Below, piece after piece: positions 1 through 11,159 of a stretch of DNA of 20,865 nucleotides. The notes under the pieces are model-generated. The model had not been told where the DNA came from, ran no database searches, and worked only from the letters and a program-made list of their open reading frames with translations. This DNA comes from Ginkgo biloba (lineage: Eukaryota; Plantae; Ginkgophyta). Position numbers and translations under genes: made by a program. Position 1 is the first letter of the stretch. The number at the start of each line of letters is the position of its first letter. The DNA is taken from NCBI GenBank assembly GCA_024626585.2, contig JANKJI020000004.1, forward strand, positions 113,470,689 to 113,491,553, given 5' to 3'.

Positions 1-458
1 TCTTCTCTAATTGCCCCATTTCTTTGGTCCTCTTACAAGGTGCATGGTCAACATTCGATAGAGATGAAGGTGGACCCATTGAGGTAGAAGGCCCCTTTTG
101 GAAAGGGTTGACGGATGCTCTCTAAGAAGCCCTTTCAACAACTTCTTGCTCTTTAATAAAACCCTCATTCCTTGCATGGTTGACCTTTGGACACACCTTC
201 ACCCCAATTTTGGTGATGTGTAAGAGATGGGCTTTTAGACACACCTTCATCTCTTTAATTTGAAAAAAATAAAAAAATTTGAGGGGGAGCAGTTGCTTCT
301 TGTCAGGAAACAACTCCCTACTGTAGTCGAAATTGGTATGGTCGGGGTACAACTGGGAATTGTTTATCTACCGTACCGCTACTATTTTCGGGCATATCTA
401 TATCTGAAACAGTTCAGATACGGATACGGTTACCCCAGGGCCGGATCCTGGTAACACA
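1..458 (-). mobile_element. 5' end of a hAT (DUF659-type) DNA transposon: terminus, subterminal repeats and a degenerate transposase N-terminal fragment; runs off the left edge of the window
   Basis: The minus frame gives KAHLLHITKIGVKVCPKV, resembling the C-terminal half of a BED zinc finger. Bases 1-167 are the reverse-complement homolog of 17082-17238, just upstream of a DUF659 ORF. GATACGG/GTACC subterminal motifs end in GATCCTGGTAACACA (444-458), which is shared with 13505-13519. Confidence 0.75.
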
Positions 459-949
459 TAAGACAACTTGTTCTAATGTGGCACATCCTTTTGCATGGCG
501 AGAAGCTTCTAATGAGGACCCTTTGCATTTAGGGCCTCCTTCAAAAGGATAGTGTTTTTGAATCAAATTGGTATAGTAATATAATGATCCACATCAACTT
601 TTTGAAGTGTGGTGAAATGGATGGTCGTTCGGCGAAATTGACCACCATTCCCACATGACTGGATAATCTATAATGTACTAGGTAACTTTTGGATGACTCC
701 ACCATTTCACAAAACCATAAAAACTACAAAAGCACAAGAGCTTAGTATAATGGCTAACATCTTTTTAGTAATTGTAACAAAACTAAGCAAGGGATAGAAC
801 ATTGACCTGCTCAAACACTTGAGAAAATAACTAAAAAATGATATTTTGTTAGCATCTATAATCTAATGGTGGAACTAAGGCGCCTCTTCCCAAGAGACAA
901 TGGTAGTTGAGTTGCTAAATTGAACATAGAAACAACTAGACAAACAATG

Positions 950-2720
950 TATTTCTAAAATTCATACTCATCAGATTGTACATGAGGTAAAGAGTTTCCT
1001 TGGATTGGCTAGCTTCTATAGAACATTTGTATTGAACTTTTTTCTTAAAAACTTAGTAGCTCCTTTGAGCGAATTGCTTAAGAATTCCAAGAGGTTTAAG
1101 TGGATAGATAAGTGCCCAACTTGGTTTGAAATTTTTTAAACAAAAGTTGACCAAGGCACTAGTGTTGACACTACCAAATGTTGCAAGACCTTTGACGATC
1201 TTCATTAATGCAAGTGGAGTAGTTATTGGAGCAGTCTTGACGTAGGATGGCAAAGTAGTGGCTTATGATGATTGAAGCTTAGCAAAGGGACCCTTTCTAT
1301 GATCAAGAATTGTTGACCATCATTCATGTTATCAATATATGGAAACACAACTTGAAAAATGTAGAAATCAGAGTGCACAGTTGAACATAATTTCATACTC
1401 CCAAGGATCTTCACNNNNNNNNNNNNNNNNNNNNNNNNNNNNNNNNNNNNNNNNNNNNNNNNNNNNNNNNNNNNNNNNNNNNNNNNNNNNNNNNNNNNNN
1501 NNNNNNNNNNNNNNNNNNNNNNNNNNNNNNNNNNNNNNNNNNNNNNNNNNNNNNNNNNNNNNNNNNNNNNNNNNNNNNNNNNNNNNNNNNNNNNNNNNNN
1601 NNNNNNNNNNNNNNNNNNNNNNNNNNNNNNNNNNNNNNNNNNNNNNNNNNNNNNNNNNNNNNNNNNNNNNNNNNNNNNNNNNNNNNNNNNNNNNNNNNNN
1701 NNCTTGATGTTGCTTAGTTAAAGTACAAGATTTTGTATGAGTTGCATGCTACTTGAGTTGCTAGCCATGTTGGTAGGAATAAGACTATCAAGCTGCCACA
1801 AATTATGTCTAATAGAAGAACATGAAGAAGGAAATAGTTGACTATATGAAGATATGTGAACAGTATACGAATATTGGATTGTGAAGAACTACAAGATTTG
1901 AAAGGAAGTGAATAGAAACGGTTAAAAGGTTACAATCGATACAATTTCTCCTCATAGATATGGAAAGGACAAAGTGACAACATGATTAGATGTTGGTGGT
2001 GGTAGATTGACTTACAAATATGGCAAGATTTATCCCTTGTAGGATGATGCACAAGGGAAATCACATAGCAGAAGTCTCGACCATTGAAGTCTCCAATAAG
2101 TGTCAAGATACCAAATTCACTTGCCATCTATGGACAAAATTATTTCATGCACTGGTTATTGAGATAGAATTCAGTAGAGGTGATTGCCCTTAAATGGATA
2201 GGTCAAATTGAGAGGGTTAATCCGATAATGGAGGATATGCTAAGATCGCATGTGGTAGTTAAGTAGACTAGTTGGGAGGATAAACTTCCATTTGCGTAAT
2301 TTGCATACAACAATAGTAAGAATTGCTCTATAGGTATGACAACTTTCAACTATATGTATGATTACAAACCTTTAATTCCCTCTTGGAGGTTGATTTGAAA
2401 ATTTTTAAGGGGAAGACCCAAGTTTCCTTAAAGATGATTGAGCATATTTAGGAAGGGCTAAGGGAATGCTGAAAGAATATTGAGATAGCAAAATCACGTG
2501 CTAAGTTGTATGCAGATCAATGTAGATGGCCAAGATCCCTTAAGGTGAGAGATGTGGTGTATCTCAAGGTGAAGCCAAATAGTACCTTGTCTATAGGAAG
2601 ATGTGCTCAACTCTAACCTCAATATTGTGGGCCATTCCAAGTATCGCAGAAGATTAATGAAGCAACCTATATACTTTAATTACCAGGTCATGTAAAATGC
2701 AATGACATGTATTTCAACAT
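950..2720 (+). mobile_element. Degenerate Ty3/gypsy pol remnant (RT connection/RNase H, then integrase), interrupted by an assembly gap
   Basis: HEVKSFLGLASFYR (from 981); KLTKALVLTLP...NASGVVIGAVL; integrase Zn-finger-like HAT*VASHVGRNKT...ICEQY (~1735-1870); VVVD*LTNMARFIP; QDTKFTCHLW; QIERVNPIMEDMLR; FAYNNS; YCGPFQV (GPY/F). Many stops and frameshifts. RT-RH-INT order indicates gypsy. Confidence 0.9.
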
Positions 2721-2961
2721 TGTGGAAGAGCTCATGGGATTAGGGCATCACCAAGGGCAGGTCCAACTCTTTGTGGGAGGTTGTGCCTGAATTTCTATAC
2801 TTATATAAGGTTTGACAAGAGCTTGAGCAACTTTGTCATCATCATTTGGAGCATATGGCTAAGGGGTCTTCATTCCTATTCTTATAGTTCTACATCCTAG
2901 TTTTTTAAATACACTCTAGAGCGCTATACTATTATGTAGACTTTTGNNNNNNNNNNCATAT

Positions 2962-3499
2962 TGTTGGTTTATTTTCGCACCTAGAAAGTGATGTTTTTCA
3001 GGAAGAGTTTTTGTATTTGAAGCTTTGGATGCAGTCACTTGAGCAAGGCATCTTAGTTTGGAAGTTTTATCCAGACAAGGGGATTTTATCGAACAATGTA
3101 GAAGACCCTCGAGGGTGACATAGGCATTCTGAGAGGGCTGTGTGGCAATTTTGAGGTAGTGCAGAACCGAGTTTGGGGCATGAGCAGGGCACTTCTTTTT
3201 TGGGTNNNNNNNNNNNNNNNNNNNNNNNNNNNNNNNNNNNNNNNNNNNNNNNNNNNNNNNNNNNNNNNNNNNNNNNNNNNNNNNNNNNNNNNNNNNNNNN
3301 NNNNNGCATGTTGCACACATGGCTTCCATGAGCTCTATATATTATTGTACCATGATATATTATGTACACTACGTATTGTAGTATTCTTTGTGAATATACA
3401 TTGGAGAGTTTAGAGGGTACGCAGTACCCAATATTCATTTGTTGAATATTATTACAGTGTGATTGATTTCTCTATTTCCTGTGAACCTTGTTTCCAACA
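2962..3499. mobile_element. Possible solo LTR
   Basis: Bounded by TGTTGG (2962) and CCAACA (3494-3499), with TATA-like tracts inside. No matching 5-bp TSD (catat vs atgtg), and it spans a gap. Confidence 0.35.
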
Positions 3500-3519
3500 A
3501 TGTGTAGTTAGTCAATCTG

Positions 3520-3835
3520 CAATGGGACTTTTCCTCCCCTAAACCATTTTATTTCTTGATTTCCAAGAGAGAGAGAGAAAATTGCAACTCTTAGCCCACA
3601 CCAAGCATTGTGAAAAGAATTGGACTGGGGGTCCAAATCTCCTAGTAATGTTGAGACCCAACCAAGTTCACACTTTGCAACAGGACTAGAAAACTGGGCA
3701 ACCCATTCCCAAATACATTGATGGGAACCACTGACAAAAATAAATGCATGGTGGTTTTGCCTCTGCCATGCATAGGGCACTTAGTCATTGACATTCCCAT
3801 TTCGTTTGACTTGGATTTAATGGCCAAGTCCAATT
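3520..3835 (-). mobile_element. LINE (L1) ORF2 C-terminal zinc-finger (zf-RVT-like) remnant
   Basis: Frameshifted minus-strand peptides TKCPMHGRGKTTMHLFLS and CIWEWVAQF...W...LRVAIFSLSL resemble the C..C....ET..HLF..C.....W region at the 3' end of plant LINE ORF2. Confidence 0.5.
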
Positions 3836-5592
3836 TGGATTATTCATCTCGTGAAAAAGGCATTTTTGGGGCTCTAGGGTGGCTTTTCAAAGTCTGCAGA
3901 AACTTGTGTGTTAGAGAGCTATTCTTTTATCTCTGTTAGTATATCTGCAAATGTCCTCCCTATCATTCAATAAGGAGAAAGTATCAGATATATAGTAATC
4001 CATAAAAGGATTGCTTGATATTTTAATCCCATCCTTCCTCCATTCATCTAGTGATTGAATATCGAAATTATGAAACAGGGTCTCTTGAAATATTCTGATC
4101 GAACTATGAGGGTGTATAAGTTATCGTCTTTAGACTTTTAAATTCCTCAGGATCTCTGAACCCAACAAACAGTTGCTGAAATGAATTTGTAGTTACCTTG
4201 GATGTTGTGTCTTGATGTGAATCAAAGAAATGAACTAATTCAGGTAGAGGGTTTTGGACAACTGAATAATAATCATTCGATTAATTCAAAGAGTTTTGGT
4301 TCATTGAATGGTATCATCATTCCACTAGCCCAGAGTTTCTTGGACCATTAAATCATTACCATTCTACTTGTTAATTGCTTTATAGCTTGAGAGATAGGTA
4401 TCTAATGGACCAGTTTACGTTTATCTTAGAATGTAACAATCTTTAAACAGCCTATGAGACTGATTGATTTTAGAAATTATTTTGAAACCAACCACATTTA
4501 TAGGTTGGGTAANNNNNNNNNNNNNNNNNNNNNNNNNNNNNNNNNNNNNNNNNNNNNNNNNNNNNNNNNNNNNNNNNNNNNNNNNNNNNNNNNNNNNNNN
4601 NNNNNNNNNNNNACTTAACAACATATAACTATGATTTTAAACTTAGGGGGATTAGTGGCAGAATCCAAATCAAATTCAAAACAAATTAAATCAATTGATA
4701 ATATTTGAAAATAAAGTATACATGTATAACCTAATCCGTACATGATGAATTTGGTGGAGATGCTACCTTGCGATTGGTACCTTTTCTTGACAGGTCTTTG
4801 TTCTGTATGCCTGAGTGGAAGGCAATGTTGAGAGAGCAATGACAACTTCATTACATAGAGAGGTCCTTGCATCCAACTTTTCTAGAATGTGCAAGTCATG
4901 TGTGGTTAGAGGGATTGGAGGTGTTTATTAACCGCAAGAGAGTGGATCAAAAGCTAAAGAGAAGGGAGTGGACTGGAGTGCCAAACGTTTGTATTAAATG
5001 CAAGTGGGTGGGATTTGGTGTCATCTTTGGGTGAAAATAACATAATCTAGGACCCATTGTNNNNNNNNNNNNNNNNNNNNNNNNNNNNNNNNNNNNNNNN
5101 NNNNNNNNNNNNNNNNNNNNNNNNNNNNNNNNNNNNNNNNNNNNNNNNNNNNNNNNNNNNNNNNNNGGGTTTGGAAATGACTGTCTCACCAAGCAAGACA
5201 GTTTTGGACTTGGGGAGAAAAGAACAAGAAATTCCAGTAACAGCTATGGAATACATTGGCTTTCATTACTAAAGGTGAAAGAAAAATGTAGGTTTTATGT
5301 TCTTTGCAATGGATTCTCTGAAATAACTGAGATAATTCATTGTTAATGAATTTCTATCATTGCATAAGCTGGTTTATGTTATAATTCAGAATAATAATGT
5401 TTGCTAAATGCAACTGGCATTGCAAAGGTTCTGTCTAAATTATTAGAATGTTTGATACTTTAACATTGACATGGATTCATTATTGTTTATATGTTTTCTT
5501 TATGTGCTTCTGATCTTAGTATCGAATAACAGGAAACTGTTGATATTCCTCTCCAGCTAAAGTGCTAATGTTTTCTATTTTTTATTTTACAG

Positions 5593-5655
5593 CCTTATGC
5601 ACAAGCTGGTCTGAGATCAAATTCTCCATTGACAAGGCAACTAGCTTGCAACGCT
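5593..5655 (+). CDS. PSMD5: Internal exon A of a PSMD5/Hsm3-like ARM-repeat 26S proteasome assembly chaperone (PYAQAGLRSNSPLTRQLACNA)
   Basis: Acceptor tttattttacAG at 5591-5592, branch-like CTAAT at 5565-5569, donor GTAAGT at 5656. 63 nt, phase 0/0. The peptide aligns with the plant PSMD5 segment P..QAGL..DS....LACK as recalled from Arabidopsis At3g15180 (no search run). Confidence 0.9.
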
Positions 5656-6186
5656 GTAAGTAACTGAATAAAACATTGCTCCTTTCTTTCCTTTGGCCAT
5701 AGAAAACAAGACAGCATTTCAGATTATTTGATTTGTACATGCTCTGGGGATTTTATAGTTGTGGACGGCACTGAGGATGGTTTCCATGGTGTCATGATGA
5801 TAGACACTATATATTTATTGGAGATGCTTTTGCACTCCCTTCGATGTTCTCTCTAGGATGGAGTTTCCTTTGCACTCCTATGTATTTGTTTTTGTTGATG
5901 TGCTTTATAAGATGGAGATGCTTTTGGCACTCCCTTGGAAATATTGCATTTGCCTGTACTCTTCACTCCCATTGACCAGTTTTTGGTCATCCAAGGTCAT
6001 TGATGTAATTTCTCAATCATGGACATTAATATAATTGCTTTGTTCACTCTTTCTTTCTCCCTTCATTTGGAAAGAAAAGTTACAAGNNNNNNNNNNNNNN
6101 NNNNNNNNNNNNNNNNNNNNNNNNNNNNNNNNNNNNNNNNNNNNNNNNNNNNNNNNNNNNNNNNNNNNNNNNNNNNNNNNNNNNNN

Positions 6187-6821
6187 ACGTATATATTATT
6201 TCTCGCTCTCACATCTAACTTGCTATTTCTCTCTCCTATTTATACATTTTTCTCTCTCATTAACTCATAATTACATGATGTCAATTGACACTTCTCTCCA
6301 AGTGGCCCTTGGATAGTACTTCATTAATATATTGTTTATTAATTCCAATAAATGGGCCACTAAGAGCCTCATTTAATGCACCATACTCGGGTATTAATTG
6401 TCTGTCATCTTAATGTAATTGCAGACGTCACTTCACATGTGTGACATCAGCCCTCATAAATGTGATTGTCACCAAAAATGCGGCCTTCTCTTTACTAAGT
6501 GTGACTTATTTTGCATTAAATGCTGAGATGTCATTCCTGATGCTGCAGTACATCAATAGATGTCTCAATAACTGCCTTTGATTGATCCTTTCAGTCATAA
6601 ATGCCTTTGCTGTACAGTGCCGATGTCATGCTGGCATCACTAATCTGGCTGGAATCTTCGTTGAATAGCTGGAATCCCATGAGGATAGCTGGAATCTGTT
6701 CGCAGCTTTCGTCCAATACGTGGCTGTCATGTGGCACAAACATCCTGAGAAGCCCATGAATTAAAGGCTTGCCATCTCACTGGTATTCAGTCAGAAGAAT
6801 TTTTAGAAAAAATACTCAGCA
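6187..6821 (-). mobile_element. LTR fragment (family copy 1); its other end falls in the gap 6087-6186
   Basis: The reverse strand has TATAAATAGGAGAGAGAAAA, as at ~16703, plus CATTAAATG-type motifs. It begins TGCTGA on the minus strand at 6821 and contains three GCTGGAATC units at a 20-bp period (6648-6696). Confidence 0.65.
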
Positions 6822-7308
6822 CACACTTTACGAGTAGGAATGATACTTCAGCATCCCAATGTATGGTGTCCATACTCAAGGTGCATGCACAGAGTCCTGA
6901 GCATATGTTTGCCGCAATCAGGTTTGTGGTCTCTATTCCAGCAGAGGGAAGGTTCTGACTCTCTTCCCTTCGTATGGATGGTTTTTTTAAGCTCCATATT
7001 GTTAAATTTTTCTAACTTATCTTTTCCTTGCATTTGAACAGACACTCTTAATAGGGCCTGCTGTTACACTGGCTCAAAGTTTAGAGGAGTTAAACAAATT
7101 AAGAAAGGAATGAAATCAAGCGAGCGAGCAAGAAACAAATTTTTAAATTCCTGTATTATTTGAAAAAGCATAGATTTGTGATTTGTCTTGTCTTTTTATG
7201 TAACTTTGGTTGTCTGAAGGTCTGTTTTTGGTTTGATGCTTGAAGATAATTTACACATTGAATTTAATGTTTTGATTCAATTGCATTCTTGTTCTCCCAT
7301 GTTTGCAG

Positions 7309-7412
7309 ATTGCACAGCTTCTGGAGAACAGCGACAAAGATGATGGTGTTGGAGTGCAGGCCATCGTCGAGAATGATATCTATCCTTCTGTGATTGCCTC
7401 TCTTGCTGATGG
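7309..7412 (+). CDS. PSMD5: Internal exon B of PSMD5-like gene (IAQLLENSDKDDGVGVQAIVENDIYPSVIASLAD-G)
   Basis: Acceptor gtttgcAG (7307-7308), donor GTAGGC at 7413. 104 nt, phase 0/2, open frame. Matches the recalled LLE..D.....VQ.VV.N.IYP pattern. Confidence 0.92.
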
Positions 7413-7707
7413 GTAGGCTTACATCATGGATTTCCATATCTGCCTTATTTGTTCTCTATTATTCTGCTTTTGGGAAAAGTCTCATGTTTTGTAAAAGTGG
7501 GATGCTTTAGATTGTAACATTCTTAGTTCTGGTGTGCAGTATAACCTACCAAACATTTGTATTGCTCAAGTATTCTCTTGATTAATTCGTCTGTGACTAA
7601 GTTTTCTCAAACATGACCTGACAATGTTTCCAAACAGCATCTATGACAGCGCATCTAATATTATCTTGCTACCTACTTATGTCTTTTTTGCTTACTCTTA
7701 TTTGCAG

Positions 7708-7774
7708 TGATGCAAATGTTGCCACAGCGGCTGCAGAAGCTGTGAAAAACCTTGCAAAATCTTCTCGTGGTCTT
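7708..7774 (+). CDS. PSMD5: Internal exon C of PSMD5-like gene (G-DANVATAAAEAVKNLAKSSRGL)
   Basis: Acceptor tttgcAG (7706-7707), donor GTAAGA at 7775. 67 nt; the first base completes the GGT codon split from exon B. ARM-like helix D..VA.AA.E.IK.LA. Confidence 0.92.
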
Positions 7775-7922
7775 GTAAGAGTTGTGCATAATTTGAATTA
7801 AGAATATATGCAAAATCATTTTCCTTTGTTTTTGCAAACATATATTATCATTCAATGAAGACTGTACGATTGCATTTTGCTATTTATACACTTATTGTTT
7901 ATGTACATTTGGTGTTTCCTAG

Positions 7923-7994
7923 GAGCTTATTTTCCCAGCTAAACCAGAGGAAGTCACACGCTTGAAAGAATTAGCTATGAATAGTTCCTCACTG
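7923..7994 (+). CDS. PSMD5: Internal exon D of PSMD5-like gene (ELIFPAKPEEVTRLKELAMNSSSL)
   Basis: Acceptor tttcctAG (7921-7922), donor GTATGT at 7995. 72 nt, phase 0/0. Matches the recalled IFP......T.L..LA...SSL pattern. Confidence 0.92.
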
Positions 7995-8916
7995 GTATGT
8001 CTTTTGATGGACTGTTACGAACAATTATTGTATATTGAAAGGAATCTCCCAACATGGAATATCATGTAAAGTCAACAATTTCCTCTGAGTATTGTAGGTA
8101 GATACTGAGAGGGAGAGTGTGGAAAACTTATGTATTGGCTAAGAATCTCAAAATAAGTAGAGCTCTGATCTGTTTTCTATCTTTTTTCCAACTCCATTCA
8201 TGGAATGTGTCCCTAGCACAAACAATTCCACTGTTATACTATGTAAGAAAGCCATTCTTTGGATTAGTGTTTGACATTATTTGCCTGTTGATGTTTGTGT
8301 CAGAGTATTGTAATGGGCACGAATACTAAAGATTTTACTGGTGGGCTATTCACCATAGTTTAATGAAAGTTGGCTACTGGTCAATCGCCATTTCATTCTC
8401 ATTGGCTGTTACCCCCTTTCTTGCTCTTATTTTGTAATTTAAGCATGTCATTTCAAATATTTTTGTTTGAAGGGCCTAGCTTAGCTGTCATGTCTTACAC
8501 TTGAGCAAATGTGAGTCAGAAAGCAATGAACTGCTGTTTTGGAGGAAATAATTAGTTGTAGATTTTTGCCCAAAGCATAAAAATCTCTGCTCTGCTCGAC
8601 AGATGAACAAATCACACTCTAGCTTCTGAAGTTCCTGCCAATCAATGTATTGTTAGGTGACCTGACGAGATTTTTGGTCAGGATCATTAGTGATGCTAAT
8701 TGTCTAGTATAAAATAATATTTGGTTCTCATCTTCGAGAGATTTAAAATGGAAAAGAAATAACCAATTATCGTCTCTAGAGGTGCCAGGCTTGCCATATT
8801 CTATACTTGGTCTGCCAGCGGAGGACCTTTTCGGACATAGATTTGAAAATAGAGTCTCATCTCTTGAAGTAGGATAATCTCACTTTATTGGTTTTTTTTC
8901 CTTATAAATATTTATT

Positions 8917-9346
8917 TGCTGACTAATTCAGGGTCACACAAGTTGACCCCACCACTAGAAAGGAGTTAGCATCACAAACATTAGATAAATATGCATGAAT
9001 CATGTGTGTATACCATTAATTATAGGCACAAATGAGGCAATACACGAATAAGGGGTACAATTCTCATTTATTACTTAATGAATCTTGAGTTCACATCATT
9101 AAATGCACATGATAGGCCTCTCACATCTATGCCTACACATTTGTTCTTGTCTCTCACATTCTAGATCCTCATTCTCTCTCCTATTCATGATGATTGGACC
9201 CTCATAAATGTCAGATGACATGTTATTTTCATACGAAATGGTACAACTCCCTATGTGCCCCTTAATACCCTAAATAATGATTCCTTAATTGCACCTCATA
9301 GATGTTCTTAATTCCAGCATTAATATGCCTTGTTCTTTGTATTAAT
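8917..9346 (-). mobile_element. LTR (family copy 2), probable 3' LTR of the minus-strand gypsy element to its right
   Basis: Its reverse complement is collinear with ~16640-16965 (AATAGGAGAGAGAA; GTAATAAATGAG.ATTGTACCC; TGATGCTAA; CCCT.AATTA.TCA.CA). Ends TCAGCA on the minus strand at 8917. Confidence 0.7.
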
Positions 9347-9446
9347 NNNNNNNNNNNNNNNNNNNNNNNNNNNNNNNNNNNNNNNNNNNNNNNNNNNNNN
9401 NNNNNNNNNNNNNNNNNNNNNNNNNNNNNNNNNNNNNNNNNNNNNN

Positions 9447-9561
9447 TCTGTGATTATTTCATGTGCATAATTTGAGTTCTTCTCTCATTATTTTTGTGTG
9501 TTCTTTCTTACATCTGATTATCATAGTTAATCCGTGATATCTCACATTTGATATCAGAGCC
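9447..9561 (+). mobile_element. End of an LTR plus a tRNA-iMet-type primer-binding site from a separate + strand retroelement
   Basis: ...ATCTCACA (ends 9546), a 2-nt spacer, then TGATATCAGAGC (9549-9560), one mismatch from the canonical PBS TGGTATCAGAGC. Confidence 0.6.
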
Positions 9562-10873
9562 AATCTTTGTTATCTTCATTTACATCCAAGTGTCAAATGT
9601 GCATTGACTCATTCTTATATAAATGTTGGATAATATATGGCCCAAGCCATCACATTTTTAGTTTTTCTAGCTTGGTGCTAACTTATTGTTGTATAACAAC
9701 ACTTTGTCTCCATCTTGGAAGTTTGGAGCTTTCATGTGGCGATTATACCATGCTTTCTATCATTGCTTCTCTCCAAGGTCCACAAGGCGAGGGGACATCA
9801 CTCTTCCATGTATAGTAGTGGTTGTAATCTTTGGGTGACAAATTCTTCGTCTCTATACAACACTTAGAAGCAATATGTAAGCTAGGCACTTCGAATTCAA
9901 TTGGGATAACAAGTTCTAATCCATACACCTACTTAAATGGTATTTCTCTTGTGGTTCGCTTTTGTGTTGTATGAAACACCCACAAGATATGATGTATCTT
10001 TTTCGCCTGATTAGCATGACCAATGTCACAAATCTTTTTAAGGGTAGCTTCAAAAGTTTTATTCGAACTCATTGCTCAGGTTGTTGATTTGCGGTGAGTG
10101 ATTGTAAATTCTTTTGTCAAGTCCCTAACTTCATTCATAAATCGAACCCCTTGATCACTAGTTAACTAGAGTGGACAATCCAAGCGTAAAATTATTATCT
10201 TGTAAAAAAATTGTGTGATAGTTTTGGCATCCTATTGTCGCATATGACAAGCTTAGTACCATTTTGTAACAAAATTAGTGGTGTCTAAAATGTGACAAGC
10301 TCATGTTCATCATGTGAGAGGACTTATAGGTCCTACAAAATCTATTTCCCAATGCTTAAATGGAGTAGTGGCTAGAATTAGGTGATGTAGTAGATGCATT
10401 TGGCTTTTGGGTTTCCCACCCTTTGGCATACATCTCACTTCTTTACCCATTATTTTGCATATTTAAACAACGTAGGTCATCTTCACCTTGCATATAAGAT
10501 CTTTCTCATAGTTGTGTTCCTTACAACATGCCCTCCAACTAATCCTCAATGGGTTTGTCATGCAACTTCTAAGAATTTGGGAGCTATAATACATCACTAT
10601 AGGATGTGGTTAGATCCCAGGTAGTATAATGTGCCTCTAATGAGCTAATAAGGCAATGCTTTACGTGTGAGGCTCTTCCTCACTTTCTTCTCTAGCACCG
10701 AGGGTATTTTACCATATGATAGATCTTTTGTGGTTTCGACGTACCGCTCAGGAACAACCTCGACTCTAAAGTCGGATGCAACATCTTTTGCTACTTTACT
10801 TGTCTAGATGCATGATAGCTTGTTAGGGGTGACATGTGCTTTTCCTAGTTTCGCAATGTTTTTGAATGTGAAC

Positions 10874-11159
10874 TGTTGGACGGGATCCGACGCATGTCGA
10901 ATAAGGCGCACCGACGAGAGAGTTCATCGACAAGGTGGTGCACTGACAAGGGAGTTCACTGACGAGGAGGTGCATCGACGAAGGAGATCACCGACGAACG
11001 TCAGCGGAAGACACCGACGAGGAGGAAATGACCGACACCGTCGGATTCATCAGTCACCGACGTGAGTCGAATTTCCCGACTCATGTCGGCAGCAGAGGCA
11101 GTTGGAAATCACTGACGCCGATCAAGGCTGATGTAAAATCTCACCGCCCTGCGTGTTGG
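10874..11159 (+). mobile_element. Nested CpG-rich insertion, probably the start of a younger LTR
   Basis: Starts TGTTGG exactly where the minus-strand pol reading frame breaks. GC/CpG content rises abruptly. Runs into the gap 11160-11259. Confidence 0.6.
10909..11004. repeat. 16-bp tandem repeat (6 units, CACCGACGAG core) with alternating 32-bp higher-order structure
   Basis: Units start at 10909, 10925, 10941, 10957, 10973 and 10989: caccgacgagagagtt / catcgacaaggtggtg / cactgacaagggagtt / cactgacgaggaggtg / catcgacgaaggagat / caccgacgaacgtcag. Confidence 0.9.

Noticed and set aside
1339-1707. ORF-track entries spanning N runs (also 2916-3438, 4947-5272, 6019-6316, 13119-13416)
   Set aside because: Artefacts of assembly gaps, which contain no stop codons.
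3960-5590. Search for the preceding PSMD5 exon (expected to end near ...LIP.YM)
   Set aside because: No matching peptide with splice sites was found. It is probably outside the window or inside a gap.
10909-11061. Regular short repeats suggestive of a CRISPR array
   Set aside because: The 16-bp units are head-to-tail with no unique spacers, there are no cas genes, and the context is a eukaryotic intron.
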